In this document: positions 11,449-23,485 of the stretch, piece after piece
How positions within the stretch are numbered: position 1 is the first letter of the stretch
Layout of the letters: each line of letters begins with the position of its first letter
DNA from: Phoronis australis
Taxonomy: Eukaryota; Animalia; Phoronida
Direction: 5' to 3'
DNA: 64,000 nucleotides
NCBI GenBank assembly: GCA_002633005.1
Contig: NMRA01000134.1
Span: 286,204 to 350,203 of the forward strand
The notes under the pieces: model-generated
Told to the model about the DNA's origin: nothing
Databases searched by the model: none
Seen by the model: only the letters and a program-made list of their open reading frames with translations
Made by a program: the position numbers and the translations under genes

Positions 11449-13140
11449 AGGAGAATGCCACCCGATTTAATTAGTCTTTTTTGCCGTCTTAATCGGTCTA
11501 TATCCACATCGCCTGGCATACGGTCGACCTTACCTTGCCAAGAGGTGTCGCGTGGACCTGTGAGGAAGGTGAGAAACGACGTTAGCGGCGTCAGTGGTTC
11601 ATATGCAGAGTGAATGCCGCTATGTTGCGGTGCATCGTTCCCGCTTGTCCGAACTAAGCAGCTGCGAGGAAAGCGGGTATATCGTTTTTTTTTACTTCCT
11701 CGAGAGTCCGAAATGCTTAGGAAGTGGCTCATGGTAGTGAAGAATGAAATGTACGCTGTAAATAGCAAGTATGAGGCCGTGAAACATCTCCGAGTCTGTG
11801 GCCTGCAGACGTCGACAGTGCCTGACGAATGCCGCCTTACCAATGGCTGCATACGCTCCGTTGTCTGAGCTTGTTCACGGCGCCTCTCTAGTATTTCTTC
11901 ATCACTGTATTCCTGTTCGAATTGATAGCCTGTAAAACTTAACGATCCACCAGCGAAGTCGGGACTGATCGAGCTCTAGCTCGTCCTAAGTCAGGATTGC
12001 GAGTTCCATGTTGGCGTTTATTACTGAGCGTTCTGTTTCAAAATGAATTATTCTCTCCCTAACCAATACTTATATAAAACTCAAACAAAGTCTGTCTCAT
12101 AAGATGCAATTTGTAATGCCTTTGGAGTGTTCGTGAGTGCAAATGATTTGAGAAGCCAGCAATGAATAAATCTATGCGTTACCGGCTTTAGGAGCAATAA
12201 AACTAATTGACGTGAGACACCGAGGCCGTGTGAGCTCAATGACATGCTAATATAGTGTTTGCTGGCAGAAAGTGTTGTGTAACAACTCGATTTCCATCCC
12301 ACGGCCAGGTGTTAGGGGAATCTTTATTTACATTTACATTACTCAAATAATGATTGTCAATGTACAACTTCTGCCCTGATGGTGCCCGGCGAAAGCGGAA
12401 CCAATTCGCGGCGCCCGACGAGTAAGTAGATTTGCAGTTTCGTGGCTAATTCACCAACTTGTGCACATTACTTTGGCTCACTAGAATAGTATTTTTTGGC
12501 TGGAAGTTTAGTTTCTACTGAACTTTGGCTGGTTTATGTTCGTGATGTCTGATCAGTTTCCGAGCCACTGGCCGGGATCACGGCGGAGTCAATCCGGCCG
12601 TCGCGGCGGGCCGGGCCTCAGATCGGGCTCCGAGCCACTCACTGGCCAGGATAACAAGCGTTTTGTGTTTAGAATTTAAAAATCACAAGTCTAAACAACA
12701 CAGATCTAGGTTCTCCTGTCTGTATCTCACGGAAAATACTTCGAAATTATCTCCGAACAGACCCCAAACTCCTGCTACGGACCTTATTGCTGGCCTGCCG
12801 AATTTTGTAGGCTACGGTGTGTCCAAATACCAATAAATCCGAAAGAGCGAAATAAAACAACACGTTTTTGTAAGAACTCGGTGTATTTTCAAGGGTTTTA
12901 CATCGAAGTTTGATGACTTATTGGTGTTAAACGATGACTTCAAGCGATAAGCTAACTCCAGTAACCCGTGTTGTGAACTGCTGAACAGACTGCGTGTGAA
13001 ACCGATGACGTCATTGGATAGTTTCAACACCTCCGTCTGCTGTCAGGTGTCAGGTAACGCAACCGTACGTGTCGTTATGGAGTAGAACTACTCGATCTAA
13101 ATTGATACAAATTAGGTTGTTTTTTGGGTGGCATGCTCCT
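11449..13140. mobile_element. Kolobok-type non-autonomous element (internally deleted) with THAP and KolX-like remnants
   Basis: TTAA TSD on both sides and TIR AGGAG(A/C)ATGCCACCC. Degenerate THAP on + (11614-11810: MPLCC...FFLLP...RKWL...LRVCG). Convergent acidic ORF remnant on - (GYQFEQEYSDEE, about 11880-11935). Confidence 0.75.
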
Positions 13141-13179
13141 TTAATTCTCTGTCCAACTCAATAGAATGTTCAAAATCAA

Positions 13180-15130
13180 GTTACTCGGAATCGGACTCGC
13201 AGTTGGGACAAATGAACTGTGGTTCACCTGGGGTGCATTGTTCATGAGCCCAGAGACCACATATTTGGCATTCTACCCAGCTTCGCAGCAAATGAGACAT
13301 GCATAGACAGTCTATTTCGTCGTCACTTGAAGTGCTATGGTGGACTTTCCCTTTCCTTGGGCGCGCCTTTTGCTGGATTCAGTTGTGCTTTCCTCCACCG
13401 CTTTTCTGTCCAAATAAATTCTTCGCTGCTGCTTGAGAAGTCCTTTGATTTGTTCTAGCGGTTGAGTGAACTTCACGATCTACAGCAGTATAATGCTGTC
13501 TTACAAGAGTGTTTGTTAATATCCTCGTGCTTCCCGTTTTTCTTCCGCGTGACGATTTGCGGGGCCCTGCCTTAAAGCAACGACATAATTGCTCGCGGCG
13601 ACACATAAGGGGCATGTTGAAAATCTTCAGAGTTAATCGGCGTTGGACAAGGTCCTGCAGACTGCCCCCAGCACAATCTTCTTCGTTAGGTTCAGGATTT
13701 GCCACTATGTTACCCCCTTCAAGTTGACGCTGGTCTTCAACGTGTGTCTCAACAGGCAGTTCACGATCAGTGATGCTGGCAGGAGCGAAGTCAGCAGCTT
13801 CCATAAGACATTCTTGTTGAAAGGATATATTCAAGTAGCCTGGAAACCCGAGAGTATGTTCCGTGGAACACAAGCAGATATTTGGGCTTCTTTTACCAGT
13901 TCAGGATGGTGTATATTGTGACTGTTTTTCCCGGATTGCATCGCATCCGTGCGTCCCTAGCAGTGGAATACGCTCTCTTGTATGGCCCGTCGGTAAACCG
14001 TTCGGTCAAGCGGTTGTAGTTTATGGCTGGTGTGGGGAGGCCTTGTCAGCAAAACAATGTCATGGGTTTTGGCATAATCTATTGCTCTCAGGGAAACATG
14101 AGAGTCGTGGTCACCCAAAATCAGCAATATTTTGTGATCACTGGAACTTCATGTGTTCATTATGAAGTGGTTTACGCCACTAAGGTTAGACTGAACCACA
14201 ACAAGTCTGTTTAGACAATAGTTTACTGCGACTTCACAGGAGTAACAACGAGAGCGAGAGGGCGACACCAGCGCTATCTATTGGTGAACACGAATACTAT
14301 ACTATACTAACTGGCGTTAGATATTGTAGAAAGATCTCCTCGTTGATCCAACCGCGGTCTTGGTTGCACATCCAATAGATTCAACAGGGCCACCTTGGAG
14401 TCACGGTAATTAACGCGGGGAAATACAAACATTGGTGAGAGAGCTAATCCACTTACGGTGATAGCGTTGCAGTAACGAGCTCTCCTCGTTCAGCTGAAGT
14501 TACCGAACCCACTTGTTTGATTCTGCGCTGAGAAACCACACTACCCGGTTTTTGGACAGTTGTACATCCAGTCTCGTCTACGTTACAAATATAGTTGGCC
14601 TGAAAGTGAGACTTGTCCATGGCTTCTTCCAAGTTATCAAAAAATACACCCATGGTGTGCTGGTTAAATGCTGTTGCTCTGGCCAGCCATGTAGCTTCTG
14701 GTGTACGGTTAGATAAGTTATGCCGGTTTTTAAAACCAACCCAAAAACCTTCCCCCGCTCTTTTTTCTGTTGCCAGTTCTCAGGTACCGGTAGACTGTTC
14801 TTCACAGCAAACTCAAAAGCAAGATTTCTGAATTTCAGTTTTGTCAAGCCGTGATATCTTGTAGCCAAATGTTTTATACGAGAGGCCATGTCCGCTTCCA
14901 TTCCAGGCTTGAATATCATGTTTGACGTCATTTTGCAGTTGTAGAATAGCCAACAGCAACACTTGGATCATCTCGACGTTTTGCAATAAAACGGGTTAAC
15001 GTCATTCTGTCAACGTTGAAATCCTTTGCTGCAGAACGAACACTAGTTCCCTCAGCAACAGCATGAACTGCTTTCTTAATAAATCTTCATCATTGTCTCG
15101 CTCTGTCGTTCTCTTATGTTTCCAGATGCA
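13180..15130 (-). pseudogene. pogo-like DDE transposase pseudogene (HTH-psq, CENP-B HTH, DDE_1, C-terminal PHD finger)
   Basis: Fragments SVRSAAKDFNVDRMTL, RYHGLTKLKFRNLAFEFA, ICNVDETGCTTVQKP...GSVTSAERGELVT, TRILTNT and WVECQICGLWAHEQC...FICPNC*, with multiple frameshifts and deletions. Confidence 0.8.
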
Positions 15131-16775
15131 TGGAGATCTGAAAATATTAAAAAAATATTCAAATTTACATTTATTGGCATTAAAGTGTAAAATAGCTCTA
15201 TGCACTTTTTACAAACAGAAGGTATAGTAAAATATATAAAAATATAGATAAATATTCGCGGTTTGCTTTCACAAGTTCAGTCAAAAACTATTATGTGAAG
15301 GCATTAAACAAAATATTTCGGCGTTTAGCTGATGAGAGAAGGCAAAGAGGAGAGTTTAGCCAAGGCTCAAGATACCCCATATCAATTGGCTCAACTCTAC
15401 TGAACCTATCCATTTTGATTTTCAAGATTTTTCAAAACTGGAAGGATGATTTCAAAAATTATACGCTGCGTAAAACACACTATTATTAATTGTTCCAAAA
15501 TCGTGCTCGGTGCAAAAATTAACTCGACAGCGACTGTAGAATAATGATACTTACCTGATTTCGGGTAATTTACTCAAAATGCAATTTTTTGTAAAAAGTA
15601 CCTTGTTCAAGCCAAATAACTTCTGCTAGGGCACGCGCTTATCTCGACAAGCTATGCCACCTATTGACCGACAGGTGGTGTCGTTAACTGTTGTTATCAA
15701 TCCTTGTGGAGTTTCAGTGGGTGGCTCAACTCTCCGTGTGACTCAACTCACCCGAATCTCCCCTACTGTTCGTAGGCGCTACGTTAAAATGCAAAAAGGT
15801 GGTTGGCTGCGCCTACGTGCTTTGTGACAGGGATTCATACTGGCAGCTGCTATTGATCATCCCAAGGTCTTTTCAATGTCACGATGTATAAAGTTGCATC
15901 ATAATAAAACGATTCATGAAAAATATAGAAAATGAAACAAGATGAAATCAGATACTGCTCGGAATCAAAGAAACCGTTGCGACTGCGTGTTTGGGAGCCC
16001 AACATTTATTTTATTTGCTTAATGAACAAACGAGTAAGTGTCGATACAACACAGTGCCAGTACAACACAATCGATTATCTCGGTTTAATTTGTGTTATTG
16101 ATCGATCTTTGATTTTGACCTTCCCGGCAAAACATTAACGTGAGATACTGTTGAACTCACCAGGCAAAAGAAATGTCCTACTAAGCAAATAGAAATGATT
16201 TGCTTTCACTTCTCTTTCCGTATTCATGGTGCCGACAAATCCGCTGATAAGAAGTGAAAGCTTTGAAATGGGCTAAGATTATAGGTAAGCAATTTTAAAG
16301 CATTTTGTGTCTTTGATGGGTATTTAAGCTACGTACCATGAGCTCTGACTTTCGGCTAACAATGGACACAGACATGTACTGTAATCTATTGTACTTATTT
16401 CGCTAACGTCTCTAGTTTCGAACATTAAACCAAAATATCTGGAACTGTAATTCATTGTCTCTCACTTATTTCTCTCGAGACCATATCACAGAGTTTTCAT
16501 TTGCTTTGTGGAGTGCTGTTTCATTGGGAATCTTTCTATTCCAGAGTGTTTAAACGTCTGATACTGACGCACAAGAGAAAGAATATACTCAAAGTGACGT
16601 TGATGGAAAAGTTGCTCAGGTCAGTGATACCCGCTGCTGAAAAGAGGAAATGTCGTAAACTGGTCGTGAGTGTACTACGGACATAGGAACAACTATTAAA
16701 ATGGATATGTGTCGTACCTGAGTTTGCTGCGGATATAGCAACAGGTCACGCCACCTTGTGAGGTCGTCCAGGGCA

Positions 16776-17461
16776 ATGAAGGTGACGGTGAAAACAATGG
16801 CGATATGCCTTTTTGCATCTTATTTATATTTCGGATGTATTGTATTCTTTTACTATAGGCCATTTATTAACAAAGCGTTCACAGATAATTTTGAACTGGG
16901 TACCCATGTTGAGTGGAAGTGGACGTATTCGCTCAGCCCGAGTGATATGAGAGAATTAACTGTTCAAAATCAATCTACAAACTTTTATGGCACTGATCTG
17001 CCAGCCCAGTCTGCAACTCTACGTCACAAAGCAATCGAACACAATTCTTCCATCACTATTGACAAAGGTACACATGAAAACAAAAATGATGCAACAAAAG
17101 TAACAACTTTGAGTTCAAAACAGATCGCGCAAGATGCTCGCCACAACACGACTGCTGCGACGACAAAATGTCCGGATGGACCCATCGTGGCAGCCGCGCA
17201 AAAATTGTTCAAGTTTTCTCGCCCAGACAAATGGTTTTTCGTTGACTACAGTTCTAGAGATTTCCTGGCGTTCTCAAACGCTTACATCGAGAGGAGGCGA
17301 GGTGGTTTTGCTGTGAGAGTGTTCGGTTTTAGAAGACGAAGGGAAAAGTTAAGATATCCACCAAACGTTCTTTGTCACGTGTGGTTCAATGTCAGTGGAG
17401 TCGTGAACTTTACTACTGTAACGCCAGAAATAGAAACCATTCCGGAGGTACATGGGAAAAT
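16776..17461 (+). CDS. Glycosyltransferase family 92 (DUF23, GALT-1-like), coding exon 1
   Basis: ATG at 16776. Short cytoplasmic tail, TM helix (ICLFASYLYFGCIVFFYY) and Thr/Ser-rich stem give a type II Golgi topology. Ends at phase-2 donor AT|GTAAGT. Confidence 0.85.
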
Positions 17462-18285
17462 GTAAGTAGTCTGCGCTTATAACGTTCTATCGCAGCATTT
17501 GCCTTAAATAATGAGGCCCAGGTTGACTGGCAAAAGGAAATTAGGGCGCAAATACTTGAATTGTGCTCGATTTGCTCCCGGTTTGTTCCACGTTGTTCGC
17601 ACTGAGTATACGGGGGTTAAGCAGTTCTTTTCAACGTGATAACCGTGACCCTCAGTCGCCACTTCTTTCATACTAACCGAGGACGGTACAGGAAATTGAA
17701 AAACCCACCCTGGCATAACCGGATTCTATCTAGATGCCACCGCCACTGAAATGATCGATATGTGGAGCACGAATATTGAATAACGAGAGCGAAGGCGGTA
17801 AGTAAGATATTTCCGTTCCTCAAGCCATTGTTTATAGTTCTCGCCGTATTCCATGTCTCCGGCGTAACGGTAGGCCAAGTGCGACATCAGTAATTTATTA
17901 CAGTAATAATTCTTCATATATTACAGTAACAATTCTTCAGCCAATCAGAAGCCAGGAACAATTACTGTAATAAATATTTTTAATGTAACAAATATTTATT
18001 ACTGGAATAAATCAACCAATCCGATGGTTTAAAAGAACAGATGTACAAACTTTGGACAACTTAAATGGAACTAACTCTTCTAATTACATAATCAATATTT
18101 ATTCTGACAATTAAGCTCCTCCTCAAGAAAATATTTCTGGACATTTTCCTACCAAGGAAAACTTAAAAAATTGAATAACATTCAGATTGATTACCCAATT
18201 TCCAAGTTTAATCAATACTCTAACCTGCTAAAGTAATCAGTACCACATTCAACATTCTCCATGCTTCTAATATATTCAATCTTAA

Positions 18286-19576
18286 AGACGAAGGCAACCT
18301 TTTTCCATGTCATTTTGAGTTAAAATAAGGTGGGTTGGTTATCCTAGACATATTTTCCACTTAATTACAGCTTTTCGTAATTTTATTAATTACTCTTCCG
18401 CTACTCCGGAAGTGACGTTTTAGGAGGCAAGCGTTTCCCGCCACTTGGTTTTGCGTTGAATTTACCGTGCGAATCTGTTCTATTCTACTTTTGTTTTGTG
18501 CTGTTTTTCAATAATTGTCGCCACCACTTTCCATCGGCGAGTATTCTGCGGCAAGATAGGTTANNNNNNNNNNNNNNNNNNNNNNNNNNNNNNNNNNNNN
18601 NNNNNNNNNNNNNNNNNNNNNNNNNNNNNNNNNNNNNNNNNNNNNNNNNNNNNNNNNNNNNNNNNNNNNNNNNNNNNNNNNNNNNNNNNNNNNNNNNNNN
18701 NNNNNNNNNNNNNNNNNNNNNNNNNNNNNNNNNNNNNNNNNNNNNNNNNNNNNNNNNNNNNNNNNNNNNNNNNNNNNNNNNNNNNNNNNNNNNNNNNNNN
18801 NNNNNNNNNNNNNNNNNNNNNNNNNNNNNNNNNNNNNNNNNNNNNNNNNNNNNNNNNNNNNNNNNNNNNNNNNNNNNNNNNNNNNNNNNNNNNNNNNNNC
18901 GGAGGCACGGGTGACAGTAGATGAAGTGCCTCCACTGGCTCCAGTCACTGTACTGGCCACAGCTCGCGAGGCTTCTCGCTTCAAAAACGCACTTCTCGGG
19001 TGTGGCGACGGGGCATTGCCGGGAATCTACACAGACGGAATGGCATCCTTCTTCAGGCGTTGTTTCGCAGGGAGCTTCATCAGTTCAGCGTACAAATCCC
19101 TTTCGTAACCGGAGGGCAGAAAGTGCTTGCCACACACACGGTAATTCTCCACTGCTTTGTACGTTGCGTGGACGGGTAACGCTGTGTTCTTCACACGAAC
19201 GAGCCAAGTACGGCGAAGTGTGTCATCCATCGGAAAGCGATGCAAACGTACTCCCAAAGCGCGCGTGAGCCGATAATTAGTACATTCCGGTACGCAGCAA
19301 CAGTGTGGCATGTTGACTGACTAGTAAATGAAAGCAAACGACGACGGAACTTAACACAACCGAGGTAGAACATTGACTGACTCTGCAGCTCTCACAGTCA
19401 GACTATATGAAAAGAAATTGGCGCGAAATGCTTGCCTCCTAAAACGTCACTTCCGCAGTAGCGGACGAGTAATTAATAAAATTACGAAAAGCTGTAATTA
19501 AGTGGAAAATATGTCTAGGATAACCGAAAAACCTTATTTTAGCTCAAAATGACATGGAAAAAGGTTGCCTTCGCCT
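18286..19576 (-). mobile_element. Kolobok-type element with THAP ORF, inserted into the gypsy RNase H
   Basis: TTAA TSD (18282-85, 19577-80) and TIRs of about 160 bp starting AG(A/G)CGAAGGCAACCTTTTTCCATGTC. The gypsy RNase H frame resumes across the TTAA. Contains an N-gap. Confidence 0.85.
19027..19311 (-). CDS. THAP zinc-finger domain ORF (transposon-borne, 94 aa)
   Basis: CCVPEC...HRFP...W...RVCGKHF...LKKDAIPSV is a complete C2CH THAP with an AVP-like box. The frame continues past a single TAG (IPGNAPSPHPRSAFLKREAS...) into the gap. Confidence 0.75.
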   Translation of the reverse strand: MPHCCCVPECTNYRLTRALGVRLHRFPMDDTLRRTWLVRVKNTALPVHATYKAVENYRVCGKHFLPSGYERDLYAELMKLPAKQRLKKDAIPSV

Positions 19577-20369
19577 TTAAATCGATAGCCTTTCAAAAAC
19601 AAGCCCCACCTAATGATGCGTCCATTGTCTTTTGAATGCACGCCAGAGGTTGATGGTCAGTATGAATGATGAATTCTTTACAAGTACTTTGCAAATTTTC
19701 TGAGAGCAAACACAATGGCCAAACACTCTCCCTCAATGACTGAGTAATTCCGTTCCCAGCAACAATCCAACCGAACACCTGATGGGTCGTATCGTTAGTT
19801 CACCTCTCGTGCACGTTGGAAAGTGTCTCATTATGAGGCAAGACGTTCAGTCCAGGTCATATTGTGGCACAGAGCGTGATCCACATAATGTTATGTATTA
19901 TGTGCTTGTGCCAAGATCTTCCTCATCATGCGATTGAATTTGTAGCAATCACTTGGTACTACAAACGAGGTCTTAGGCAGTGATTCGTCGGCGACAATGA
20001 CTTATCAGGAGCCTTTACTAAAAGTAATCTCCGTAAAGTACTGGTCTTTACTGATCTTAGACATGGTGTCATCAAGGTGACCCAGGCCGAGTCAAAATTG
20101 TTGACGGCGTTCAAACGACTAAAATTGACACAGAATCCATTTGCACCATTTTTCTTTTTCACCAAGACCACTGGAAAGTTGTAGGGCGCATCAGATGGTT
20201 CTATGGCCCCACTCTTTAACATGTTGTCAGCCTCTTCCTGCACAACAGTTTGTGTGGTATGTGGCTGGGGATAAGGTTTGACTCTCACCGGCTCTTCACT
20301 GATGGTCTCAATCTTGTGCTCACCCAGATGGGTTGTACCCGGTACCTCACTAAAAATGTCAGACTACTT

Positions 20370-20522
20370 CAGGAGCGTATCCAGGATTTTGAGTGGGGGG
20401 GCAGGGCAGCATATTTGCCAGGATTTTGCCCGTCAGACATTCGCACCTCCGAACTGCCCAATGGAATCTGGGAGAATTTTAGGTGGCCATGGCCCCCTTG
20501 GCCCCCTCTAAATCCGCCACTG
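20370..20522. mobile_element. hAT5-like MITE (CAG...CTG ends, 5-bp TSD)
   Basis: Flanks tactt/tactc. Shares core tgacgggcaaaatcctg.caaata with copies at 28215-28397 and 38687-38868. Interrupts the gypsy pol frame (LLEEY|SDIFSEVPG). Confidence 0.65.
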
Positions 20523-21262
20523 TACTCTTCTAGCAGAATTGTTACCGCTCTTCGTTGGCTAGTAGTGAGCTCGTCTGATATTCTGATATATTGACATCTT
20601 TTCATACGTTTCTTTTTTGTCTGTCGATCCAGCTCCAATTGGTGCACATCACTGACAACACTGACCAATCTCATTGCCCATTTCAGGCTGTAGTGCAGCT
20701 ATGGCTGCGATGTCAGAATTCTGATTTACGTCATTTTTACTTGAAGCCCCACTTCGTTCACGAGACGGGCATGCTTCAAAAGGTTGACATGGAATGTGTT
20801 GGCCTTTCCACCAACCCTTACTCTCCCGTCTGTTTTGTTGAGTACCTCGGTCACTTTATTGGGACCCCTCCACTGCAGCAGCAACTTGTTACTGTCGTTT
20901 GGCAACAATATTAAGACTTAGTCTTCAACTTTGAAGCCACGATCTCGTGCCTTCTTGTCATAATGTGCTTGTATGTTTCAACAGCATTTCGCATCAGTTC
21001 GCATGTCTCTTCCAAATGATGTCGTAAGTCGAGGACATACTCATAAATGTTTCATACTTATGACGTTTCATTGCCAGTCCAATACCGGAGGTGTTCAGAT
21101 TGTGTGTGCGCTGGAACACCTCGGGTATTTTTTGTGGCGTTGAGTAGGGCCTATTCTCGCTAATGACCGCAAAACGTTCAGAATGGCGAATGTTCAAGTA
21201 CTTTGATTCAGATATATTGCTTACAAATACGTTTATGAGTCTCATGTACCTTTCGCTTGCAG

Positions 21263-22262
21263 GTATTCTCCAGTCAAAATCCTTTGCCGGTTGACGAGAA
21301 GTAAACCACTCCCTACACATGTTTCCCTAGTCTATGGATCATGCGACGCGCCGCAGCACGTGCTGCCGCTATTGGACACGGAGCAAGAGCAACGGTACAA
21401 CTTCACAGTTTGCGTCTCTCCTCTGAATGGAAACTACGACAAAATTTCTGAGCTCATTAGCTTCATAGAAATGAACAAACTGCTAGGTGCTGAACGCTTC
21501 ACCTTCTACAACTACAGCGCATCTTCCAAAGCAAGCGAAGTTTTAGGCTATTACCGCGAGCGAGACGTTGTCGAGGTCGTTGACTGGTCGACTTTCCCTC
21601 TTCGTGTCGACAAGTTCCCACCAAAACCTAAGGCGCCGCCTTCAGAATCCCACTACTTCGGCCAGGTTGTGATGCTCAATGACTGTCTCTATAGAAATAT
21701 GTATAAATCTAGATATATAGTGTTCTCCGACTTGGATGAATTAATTACTCCAAAGACGGACAATACTTGGATGGAGCTGTTCGTGCGAGTTGCTGGTCGA
21801 CAGATCGGTGCAATCAGTTCCTTTATATTCCTAAACACATTCTTTAAAAAAGAGTGGGGAGATGACAAAGAAGCCAGCAAAAATAATAAAATCACCACGT
21901 ACAATATCACTATGTTACTGAAAACCAGACGGGAGAACATCATCAACAAAATAGGTGTGAGGTCCAAGTACATCGTAAATGGACGAATGATCGACCACGT
22001 CTTGGTGCATTACGTCAAAAGATTTTCAGGAAACCAAATATGCGTACCAGTCAGTCAGGGTCTGCTTCAGCACTACAGATATTGGGATGATCCTGTTGGT
22101 AACTTCAACACTTCCATCATTGACCGCGGCTTGCATAGATTCTCGGATAAGTTGGTAGCTGGCTTGGAAAGGACATTCGAAGGACTTACGAAACGAGCTC
22201 TGGTAAAAAGTCGAGATGGCCAACATTGGTTTAAAAAACTAGTTAAAAGATATTGGAGTTAA
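21263..22262 (+). CDS. Glycosyltransferase family 92 (DUF23, GALT-1-like), coding exon 2
   Basis: Acceptor ttgcAG|G restores frame with exon 1 (HGKM-YSPVKILC). GT92 motifs FTVCVSPL, FIEMNKLLGAERFTFYN, YFGQVVMLNDCLYR, DLDE (DxD), RSKYIV, VH and LQHYR; stop TAA. Spliced CDS is 1686 nt, about 561 aa. Confidence 0.92.
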
Positions 22263-23425
22263 GAAAACGTAACATGAATTTAGCACCGATCTGAACAGTA
22301 ACAAAGCAATGTTTGTGCCATATCGCTACTATACACCGTCAAATCAAATCCCTGTTTATCTGGCACCCCTGACAACTGAAAAAGGGGAAGTCAGTTATTC
22401 GTGTGATAATGCGTGTTTAGGCCCGAAGACCGGCTGTGTCCGATGTTTGTGAACAATATCCTCATAGTGTTGTGATGGTAAAATTATTGATATTTTTGCC
22501 CGAAGAATGACGCATTTTTTCTGAAGATCGTAATTAGGGAAGCATTGTTTATGAAGCTAGGAGTTTTATGCAACGTTTGCAGTGTAGAATCAGAATGTCT
22601 GACATGAAATCTCTTATAGAATATTTATGAATGGATTTTAAGGTCCTGAAAGTATTGACAGGTTCTGCTTTTTAAAAAAGCACAATTATAACTCTAAAAC
22701 CGCCAAAGACTACCACTAGGATGCACCACAATTGACGTTGAGTTCTAGAAATTTATTCGAGGAGGCCACCACCACCACCTCGTACCCACGCCATTACGGT
22801 TTTTTCGGATGCCTACGGTCTTGCGTTTGTGTACACGTCTTCTGGAAAGATTCCTTGCTGTAAAGTATGGCTTTTAAAGTCGTGTTTGAAATGACTCTGA
22901 GTCCATTGCTTCCTGAATTACACGTTTACTTGCTCAATTTACAAAATGATTTGTTTGGGATGGAAAGCATTTTCCACCATGGTATGAAAATTTTGAGATA
23001 CCGTTTAAAATTTGCGTTTTAGATAGGGCGTGGGATGGAGAAACCTCTTTTACTTGTTATGTTCCTAGACTGCATATTTCAGACATTTATTCCATCGAAA
23101 TAGTCTCGGTGCTCTGGTTGAAAAATAAATAGTTTTTGTTGAATAACCATTATTGCCAGTCTGATCACGTGGTTGCTTGACTGACGTAACACATGCTACG
23201 CCCTTCAGTAAAAACACTATTTCAATAAACGACACAATTCCTAAAGACATCAACGCATCACCCTGAACGAAGTGCATTTGGGCCATTTTGCATTGTATTC
23301 AGGGAGAAGAAAAGTAAAAATGTAGAACGTATAGAAACATGGCGGCTTTCGTGGTGCGTAAGACAAGCCAACGTCTGACGATATTTGCAAAAGGAAATCA
23401 AGTGTATTCCGAAGTTTCAGGAAAC

Positions 23426-23485
23426 GTGGCGTAGTTGTTTAAGATACTGACTGACATGTCGCAGAACCGGGTTCAAATTCTGGGG
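23426..23485 (+). mobile_element. tRNA-derived SINE head (degenerate)
   Basis: A-box-like tggcgtagttg and B-box-like ggttcaaattc at tRNA-like spacing. No intact cloverleaf. Confidence 0.35.

Larger units (their letters stand above)
10716..15763 (-). mobile_element. pogo/Tigger-like DNA transposon (degenerate), host of a nested Kolobok element
   Basis: TA|G(A/G)GGAG(T/A)TTCGGGTGAGTTGAG(A/T)CA TIRs at both ends with TA TSD. Internal transposase pseudogene. Confidence 0.8.
17984..21085 (-). mobile_element. Gmr1-like gypsy LTR retrotransposon remnant (INT-RT-RNaseH order) in the GT92 intron
   Basis: 5' to 3' on minus: integrase tail (YEYVLDLRHHLEETCEL...YDKKARDR...LLLQWRGP...FHVNLLK), RT start (GAIEPSDAPYNFPVVLVKKKNG..FCVNFSRLN), RNase H (NYSVIEGECLAIVFAL, TDHQPL, WGLFLKGYRF|KIEYI..N...DYFSR), PPT-like tcttgaggaggag, then LTR-like TGTCA at 18109. 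The LTR end at 17984 is tentative. Confidence 0.8.

Noticed and set aside
18456-18984. ORFs across the second N-gap
   Set aside because: Mostly X residues; only the in-frame continuation of the THAP ORF is meaningful.
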